A DNA stretch of 29,524 nt from positions 1-29,524 of the IMG/VR virus record IMGVR_UViG_3300012971_000066; one strand, 5' to 3'. Below, piece by piece: positions 23,944-29,524 of this stretch. The position numbers were made by a program, and so were the translations under genes. Position 1 is the stretch's first letter. Each line of letters starts with the position of its first letter. Source of the DNA: a virus (taxonomy: Duplodnaviria > Caudoviricetes). The notes beneath the pieces are model-generated. The model was given only the letters and a program-made list of their open reading frames with translations, had not been told where the DNA came from and did not search any database.

Positions 23944-25068
23944 CTAACTCAGATAGGCCAAGCCGCCCACGGCAGCCGAGAAAGTTAACTGGATGGTGGC
24001 GACATCGACGTACTTGAGATCACCAGGGAAGATCTGGTCGCCAGTCGAGTCCACCACCGTCACGTTCGGGTTATAACCAAGGGTGTGCGAGACCGTCCAG
24101 GTAGTAGCTGCGCTGGCCTGAGTCCAGGTAAAGGCTGACGCTGCGCCCGCACCAGCAGGACCCTGCGGACCAGTAGGACCGGTGGGACCGGTGGCTCCAG
24201 TAGGTCCGGGCGGGCCACCCGAGGGACCAGTCGCTCCGGTGGGTCCGGTTGCTCCCGTCGCTCCGGTAGGACCCGTCATGCCGGTGGCCCCACCCGTGAC
24301 GACGACATTCACATCGTTGGGCGGGTCACTGAGAAAAATGACGTTGATGTGGTTGGCGTCAACCACCGTGACATTGGCCGTCAGCATGGCCCCCGTACTG
24401 GCATTCCACAGTTCGACCAAGGGATAGCTGGTGTTGAGATTGTGGGTGATGCTGTACGGCGAGCCAGCAGCAGTGGGTGCGGTGAGGTGCTGGATATACG
24501 TCAGCCCAGGTGGGCCTGCCGGTCCAGTGGGACCGGTGGGACCACCCAGAGGACCGGTGGGACCTGTGGGTCCGGTAGCTCCTGTGTTCCCCGGCAACCC
24601 AGAGGGACCCTGCGCCCCTGCCTGTCCTGTAGCTCCGGTGGGGCCGATCTGACCAGTGGCACCGGTTGGCCCAGTGGTACCTGGGGGTCCTCCCGATGGA
24701 CCCGTGGGGCCGGTCGGTCCAGTAGCTCCCGTTACTCCGGTTCCTGGCACTCCCTGCGGGCCTTGCGGGCCTGCCGGACCAGAGGGTCCAGTGGGTCCAG
24801 TCGGGCCAGCCGTTCCTCCCCCACCTGATTGCTGCGGCAGGTAGGTGGGGTAAGCCGGGTCGCCGCCCTGGAACAGACACCACACCACCGTGCCCACCGC
24901 TGGCGTGGTGGCACTCTGCGACAGAGGCGGTGCCCAGATCGACACCGGCAGAGTGCCGTAGATCTGGGGGATGATCATCTGGATCCGGCCCGCGTTCAAC
25001 GGATCGTTGGTGGCGTACACCTTCGCCGGATAGACACCGGCCAGCACCTGGCTCTGGCTAACTGACAT
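23944..25068 (-). CDS. Gp5/gpV-type OB-fold baseplate spike protein fused to collagen-like repeats
   Basis: Start ATG 25068. [25 protein letters not shown]...WA...[19 protein letters not shown] is the Gp5-N/VgrG OB-fold signature. It is followed by long G-x-T triplet runs and two TH(N/T)L domains. Confidence 0.85.
   Translation of the reverse strand: MSVSQSQVLAGVYPAKVYATNDPLNAGRIQMIIPQIYGTLPVSIWAPPLSQSATTPAVGTVVWCLFQGGDPAYPTYLPQQSGGGGTAGPTGPTGPSGPAGPQGPQGVPGTGVTGATGPTGPTGPSGGPPGTTGPTGATGQIGPTGATGQAGAQGPSGLPGNTGATGPTGPTGPLGGPTGPTGPAGPPGLTYIQHLTAPTAAGSPYSITHNLNTSYPLVELWNASTGAMLTANVTVVDANHINVIFLSDPPNDVNVVVTGGATGMTGPTGATGATGPTGATGPSGGPPGPTGATGPTGPTGPQGPAGAGAASAFTWTQASAATTWTVSHTLGYNPNVTVVDSTGDQIFPGDLKYVDVATIQLTFSAAVGGLAYLS
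24150..24810 (-). repeat. Collagen-like Gly-X-Y (GPT/GAT) coding repeats in two blocks
   Basis: 9-bp periodic ggaccggtg/ggtccagtg-like units at about 24150-24290 and 24505-24810. Confidence 0.85.
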
Positions 25069-26248
25069 AGGCCACGAAGTTCGAGGCGGCTCGCCAGCGG
25101 TTATTGACGAGGATGGTGGGAGGGGCGTTATGGGCGGCGTAGACGAAGGGATTGTTGGCTGAGTAGGCCACGCCCGTGGTCTGGATGGGGCGCGTACCAC
25201 TGTCACCGAGACTGTCGCGACCCAGGCATACCTCCATGGAGTAGCTGGGCATCTTGATCTTGTGCGTGACCTCCTGCACCCACCAGACCCCGTCGTTGTT
25301 CGAGTCAATGCCTCTGATAAGCAGAGGCGTGCCCTGTCGCACGGTGACCAGCCCGCTCAAGGTGGCGGTGGCCTGGTAGACGAAACGATTGCACTGAGCC
25401 ATGCCCGCCAACGTGGCGCGGGCGCTGCCCTGGCTGCTCACCACCGTGTCGGAGATCTGCTGACCGAAGAACGGGTACGGTGCCATGACCCCGAGCTTCT
25501 GGATGCTGGTACCGTCATTGATAGCCCCGACGACATTTCCAGACGTTAGGTCGATGCCATTGATCTGGCGGATGGTTTTGGTGTGGCCGTTGAGGTTGAG
25601 CGCCTCACCTTGCAGGGACTGGAACTCGGTGAGGGTCTGCGCCGCTGGAGAGGGCTGTGTATTGCGGCTGTTGAACACTGGCATACCCGGCCAGAAGTTA
25701 CGCATGGCCGTGTCAACGGAGACGAACCGAAGCAGGCTCTTGTTGCAGGAGAGGCTATAGCCCAGCTTGTTGGCCAACTGGTTAAGGTATGTCCAGGCCG
25801 AGGATCCTGGGCTGCCCAGTTGTGGCCAGGTGTAGTCGCTGTCGTCCACGATCATGGACAAAAAATACTTCTGGCCGATGACCCTGGCCACGGTGGACGC
25901 CTTGATGTCACTCCAGGTACCCACGAACGGATCCTTCAAGGCGTAGCTGACACCCATGCAGACCACGTCCTCATAGGTGGACCCGACAGGGATGTCCCGC
26001 TGATAGTGGGCCTCGACGTGATCCACGTAGCCGTAGAAGGTGTCCATGTTCACCGTAGACCAGCCGTACGGCATCATCACCGGAGTGCCAGGCTGTAGCT
26101 CAGGCGCATCAGTGGCTTCACCGCGCAAGGTGATGATGGCGGTGTCGTGCATGCCTTCGGTCTGGATGAGCTTAACGCAACTGATCGTCTTCAGCGCCCT
26201 CCGACCCGCAGGGTCGAAGACCGGGTTGGCGAAGGGCGCGACCGTCAT
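25058..26248 (-). CDS. Baseplate hub protein (gpD / T4 gp27-like)
   Basis: Lies between the LysM and OB-fold spike genes; GTPV..PYGW...FYGYVDHV; [15 protein letters not shown]; G.W.V..VTH.I...Y.....L.RD. Confidence 0.8.
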   Translation of the reverse strand: MTVAPFANPVFDPAGRRALKTISCVKLIQTEGMHDTAIITLRGEATDAPELQPGTPVMMPYGWSTVNMDTFYGYVDHVEAHYQRDIPVGSTYEDVVCMGVSYALKDPFVGTWSDIKASTVARVIGQKYFLSMIVDDSDYTWPQLGSPGSSAWTYLNQLANKLGYSLSCNKSLLRFVSVDTAMRNFWPGMPVFNSRNTQPSPAAQTLTEFQSLQGEALNLNGHTKTIRQINGIDLTSGNVVGAINDGTSIQKLGVMAPYPFFGQQISDTVVSSQGSARATLAGMAQCNRFVYQATATLSGLVTVRQGTPLLIRGIDSNNDGVWWVQEVTHKIKMPSYSMEVCLGRDSLGDSGTRPIQTTGVAYSANNPFVYAAHNAPPTILVNNRWRAASNFVAYVS

Positions 26249-26514
26249 TGCGTCGGGATCCTGATGATGGCCCCTGGCACCAGGCCATCGGGGTAGAAGA
26301 TCTCCGGGTTAGCGTCTGCGATTTTCCACCAGTAGTCGGGGATGCCATAGAGCCTGGACGCCAGGTTGTCAAAGCGGTCTCCGACCGACACGGTGTAGAA
26401 GACGAAGGTGGGCAGCCCCTGGTTCGGTGGGCCGAAGACAGCCACCGACTGACCGTCCGGTGTGGGGACGCTGAGCACAGGCTGTCCCATATAGCGTGAG
26501 CCAGAGAGAATCAT
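26245..26514 (-). CDS. LysM / tail-X-like baseplate protein
   Basis: YTVSVGDRFDNLASRLYGIPDYWWKIADANPEI...LVPGAIIRIP. Confidence 0.88.
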   Translation of the reverse strand: MILSGSRYMGQPVLSVPTPDGQSVAVFGPPNQGLPTFVFYTVSVGDRFDNLASRLYGIPDYWWKIADANPEIFYPDGLVPGAIIRIPTQ

Positions 26515-27995
26515 CCGGTGTAGATCCTTGACTGGGCCACCTGTTGGGTCTGGTCATTGAAGGCTGCCTTGGGACCGTAGGGTTGGTACGCCTTGACGCC
26601 ACCGCCCAGTGTGAAGCCACCGGACCCACTGAGTTGGCCCGAGGCACCCGTCCAGTTGTTGACGAGGTCAGCGTTAGACAACGACGGCTGGTACTGGCGC
26701 AGCACGGAGACCGACGCCGTGGCCTCCACCGGGATCATGTTGACGTCGAACAACGTGAAGGTATAGGTGAGGCTCATGATCATGCCCTGGAACTGGAAGG
26801 ACTTGGGTCCCCCGAACACCACCTGGATGGGGATGGGCACAGGCGCGAACCCACCGGGACCATTGACACCCTCGCCCACCGAGGCAGCCAAGCCATAGGC
26901 GGTGGAGTCGTTGGTAGCGTCGTACATCCCGACGAGTCTCTCCAGGGCACGGATGTCCCATCGCACTCCGATGTCGGACGGCCCCGGTATGCCACCGGAC
27001 CACACCTCGTACTGGCGGTTGAAGACGAGGTCGAAGCTGACGGTCTGGGCCTGCATGTAGTAGGGCTGCGCCGCCTGGACGGCAGGACTGTTCAACATCG
27101 GAGCCGTCACCCCGCTGTTGAAGTCGGAGTCCACGGTAATGGTGTTGGGGTTCATCATGAAGAAGCAGGCAAGCTGCCCGTTGCTGCGGGGCTGGGGACT
27201 CTCGGAGGCTCCGTTGTATGTGCCGAGCGAGTCGATAGCAAGCTCGAACATGCCACCGCGGACCAGCTTGGGCTGGCCCACGATGCTGAAGAAGGCATGG
27301 AAGGGACGATTATCTTTCGGGTCCTTCAGTTCCGCAGTGGCGAAGTTCCCAGCTACAGCCGGTGAACCGGGAGGACCGAACTGACTCGGTGGATCATTAC
27401 CTTGGCCGGTCCCTTGAGTTGAACCAGTACTGGGCTGACCAGGCTGGTACGGGGCCACGCCGCTGCTGGGCGAACCAGAAATAGGAGCATTGATCAAGAC
27501 GTCATGCATGGCCTGGCCCGCCGCAGTAGCTACACCCTCGCCACCACCGCCCTTGCCCATGGGTCCCGACGACCCCCACCAACCGATCTCCAACCAGCCT
27601 GCCTCTGTGGCGTTACCCTGCAGACCCTTGCTGCCATCAGCAACGGTGTCACCCTGGTTGACGTGCGTGCCGTTGGCCACAGCAGGGAGATTGTGCCCGT
27701 AGTAGATGCCAGTGGAACCTGGCCCACCATTCGGATCGGGTGTGTCGAGGATCACCACCACGTAAGGACTGCCGAACCCACCGGGGTCGTAGTGGTACTC
27801 GACTTTCCCTCCTGTGCTATTGATGTGGTAGATGGGACCGGGCGTGGTGTTCTTCAGGTCCCAGCCCTGATCTACTCGCTCGAACTGATCCGGCGACTTG
27901 GTGGCGAAGGGCCAGATGTAGGCGGCAGGGCCGACATAAGGGGAGCCGCCCCCATTTGACGGGAGCATCTGCTGCACGGGTTCTTCAGGCATCAC
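26511..27995 (-). CDS. Tail tube initiator-like (CIS tube-type) protein with an N-terminal M23-like domain
   Basis: N-terminal ERVDQGWDL...IYYGH...V..G..VNQGD.VA...GNA...WLEIG; C-terminal FMMNPNTITV...TVSFDLVFNR...VVFGG...FQG.I.SL.YTFTLFD.NMIP. Confidence 0.72.
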   Translation of the reverse strand: MMPEEPVQQMLPSNGGGSPYVGPAAYIWPFATKSPDQFERVDQGWDLKNTTPGPIYHINSTGGKVEYHYDPGGFGSPYVVVILDTPDPNGGPGSTGIYYGHNLPAVANGTHVNQGDTVADGSKGLQGNATEAGWLEIGWWGSSGPMGKGGGGEGVATAAGQAMHDVLINAPISGSPSSGVAPYQPGQPSTGSTQGTGQGNDPPSQFGPPGSPAVAGNFATAELKDPKDNRPFHAFFSIVGQPKLVRGGMFELAIDSLGTYNGASESPQPRSNGQLACFFMMNPNTITVDSDFNSGVTAPMLNSPAVQAAQPYYMQAQTVSFDLVFNRQYEVWSGGIPGPSDIGVRWDIRALERLVGMYDATNDSTAYGLAASVGEGVNGPGGFAPVPIPIQVVFGGPKSFQFQGMIMSLTYTFTLFDVNMIPVEATASVSVLRQYQPSLSNADLVNNWTGASGQLSGSGGFTLGGGVKAYQPYGPKAAFNDQTQQVAQSRIYTG

Positions 27996-29524
27996 TGGCT
28001 CCTCGCTGCGGCCAAGATCTGTGGCTTGGAGATCGCCTGGACAAATTGCTTGGCGACGTTGTCCATCTCCGACTGAGTAGGATTATTCGAGACCTGTAAG
28101 ACGATGGAGCCTGGCCGGCAGTTCAGGTGGACGACACCACCGCCCCCACCCATGGCACCGTTGCGGTTGTAAGGGTGGGTGGAGTAATTATCCTGGGCCG
28201 GGATCACCGCCTCGCCCTTGTGCAGAACAGCTAGCTGGGTGCGGTCAATCAACTGGGAGCCACGGGCGTACCAATGCGACGACTGCTCATGTGCCCACGC
28301 TGCACTCGGCTTGCCGTAACGCTGCTTGATGTAGTTGAGGAAGCCGGTGATCTGACCCTTGGCCGTGTTGGGGTCGCCACCGTACTGGTAATACCAGGAG
28401 GGTCCAGTGATGCCCTGCGCGATGCCATAGGCATCAGAGGTGGGGTTCTTGGCGGTCATCGACCAGCCCGACTCAGCCATCGCCACCTTGTTCAGAGCTA
28501 CCCATTCATCACCGGTCCAGTTCCAGGGCGCGCCTGCCGCCATCGACTGACCCAGCGCCTGGTTGGCAGCATTCGACCCCGCAGAAGCACTGCCGCCACT
28601 GCCACCGCTACCGGTGCCTCCGCTGCCTCCGCTGCCGGTACCACTGGTCTGCCCGGTACCGGTACCACCACCACCCTTGGCGTACAACTGAGCCATGCTG
28701 GCCAGATCTACGGCGTAGGGCGTGCCGCCAGGCGTAGCTCCCCATTGATAAGGAGCGGCCAGGGTCTGAGCAGAAGCAGCACCACCTCCGAAGAAAGCAC
28801 CGAGCGAACTGCCCAGTCCACCCACCCCACTCATGACCTGGCTCAGTCCGGCGAAGGGGTTGATCATGCTGTTGACTGCGGCCCCGAGCGCACCGGAGAT
28901 ACCACCACCAGTCATCAGTGACTGCATGGCCGCGAAGCCACTGCCAATAACCGGCAGCCCCTTCATCATCCCACTGGCGATGTCACCGATGCTGCCGAAG
29001 AGACCCTTGTGCTTCTTGTGCTGCGCTGGCCCGCCGACACCCATCATGCCGCCCCCTGATGGAGCCGGTGAAGTTAGAAGCTCGATGAGGCTGCCCTTGG
29101 GTGGCTTGGCCGACAGCAGCGTCAGCATGTCATCGGTGGCAGGATCACCAGTGGCTCCAGCAGCACCAGTATCGGATGACTTCTTCTTATGGCCGAACAG
29201 CCCACCGATGAAGTGGCCGATCTGCTTGTGGAACCCAAGCCCCAGGCCGAGCGCGCCCACTGCCAGTCCAAGAGGCAGGCCCACACCAGTTGCGTCCAGG
29301 CCCAGACCGGCTGCCTCCATACCACCGACAACACCAGCGGTTTCAGCAGCACCAGCCACGCCAGCTTCAGCAGCACCAGCTTCAGCAGCACCAGCAGCAG
29401 CCTCGCCACCGCCACCGAACAGCCCACCCAACCTACCGGGGAGCTTGCTACCCAGACCCTTCAATCCTCTACCGGCAGCCCTGGAGAACCCACCCTTCTG
29501 ACCGATCATCTGTCCCAGGCGACC
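27992..29524 (-). CDS. Tail tape measure protein, C-terminal part with SLT lytic transglycosylase domain (runs off the right edge)
   Basis: Frame is open to the window edge; Gly/Ala-rich; AESGW...AKNPTSDAYGIAQ...QI..FLNYIKQRYGKPSAAWAH....WY; LAVLHKGEAVIP. Confidence 0.88.
   Translation of the reverse strand, partial: GRLGQMIGQKGGFSRAAGRGLKGLGSKLPGRLGGLFGGGGEAAAGAAEAGAAEAGVAGAAETAGVVGGMEAAGLGLDATGVGLPLGLAVGALGLGLGFHKQIGHFIGGLFGHKKKSSDTGAAGATGDPATDDMLTLLSAKPPKGSLIELLTSPAPSGGGMMGVGGPAQHKKHKGLFGSIGDIASGMMKGLPVIGSGFAAMQSLMTGGGISGALGAAVNSMINPFAGLSQVMSGVGGLGSSLGAFFGGGAASAQTLAAPYQWGATPGGTPYAVDLASMAQLYAKGGGGTGTGQTSGTGSGGSGGTGSGGSGGSASAGSNAANQALGQSMAAGAPWNWTGDEWVALNKVAMAESGWSMTAKNPTSDAYGIAQGITGPSWYYQYGGDPNTAKGQITGFLNYIKQRYGKPSAAWAHEQSSHWYARGSQLIDRTQLAVLHKGEAVIPAQDNYSTHPYNRNGAMGGGGGVVHLNCRPGSIVLQVSNNPTQSEMDNVAKQFVQAISKPQILAAARSQ

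Noticed and set aside
24150-24844. Periodic 9-bp repeats as a CRISPR array or non-coding satellite; plus-strand GPV-repeat ORFs
   Set aside because: They are collagen Gly-X-Y codons of the minus-strand gene; there are no spacers, and the plus-strand ORFs are antisense shadows.
23944-29524. Bacterial extracellular contractile injection system or T6SS instead of a phage tail
   Set aside because: A tape measure with SLT domain, multiple fibre genes and dense phage-type accessory genes favour a phage; capsid and terminase genes are not in this window, so this is not formally excluded.

Overview
GC-rich, gene-dense segment of a large actinobacterial bacteriophage, most likely a contractile-tailed (myovirus-type) phage. 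The right half (about 16.9-29.5 kb, minus strand) is a tail module: tape-measure C-terminus with a lytic transglycosylase, an M23-like/tube-initiator fusion, LysM/tail-X protein, baseplate hub, a Gp5/gpV OB-fold fused to collagen repeats, several fibre proteins, and a tandem array of paralogous C1q-like receptor-binding cassettes ending in Y-x-G-T-G. The left half holds small accessory genes in alternating transcription units: a GT2 glycosyltransferase, a degenerate TGT-like protein, GNAT, ADP-ribosyltransferase-like, HAD-like, ParB-like, KTSC, AT-hook and IPT/TIG proteins. The most notable observations are: (1) four unrelated proteins in one operon share an N-terminal [L/F]-x2-3-QF tag, a candidate capsid-targeting signal for injected effectors; (2) a small ORF carries the conserved core helix of Pup but not its GGE/GGQ conjugation tail; (3) the receptor-binding cassette array; (4) a candidate ~70-nt sRNA complementary to a phage RBS; (5) most transcription units appear leaderless (TANNNT-N6-start). 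All functional calls come from motif recognition by eye; no database searches were run.
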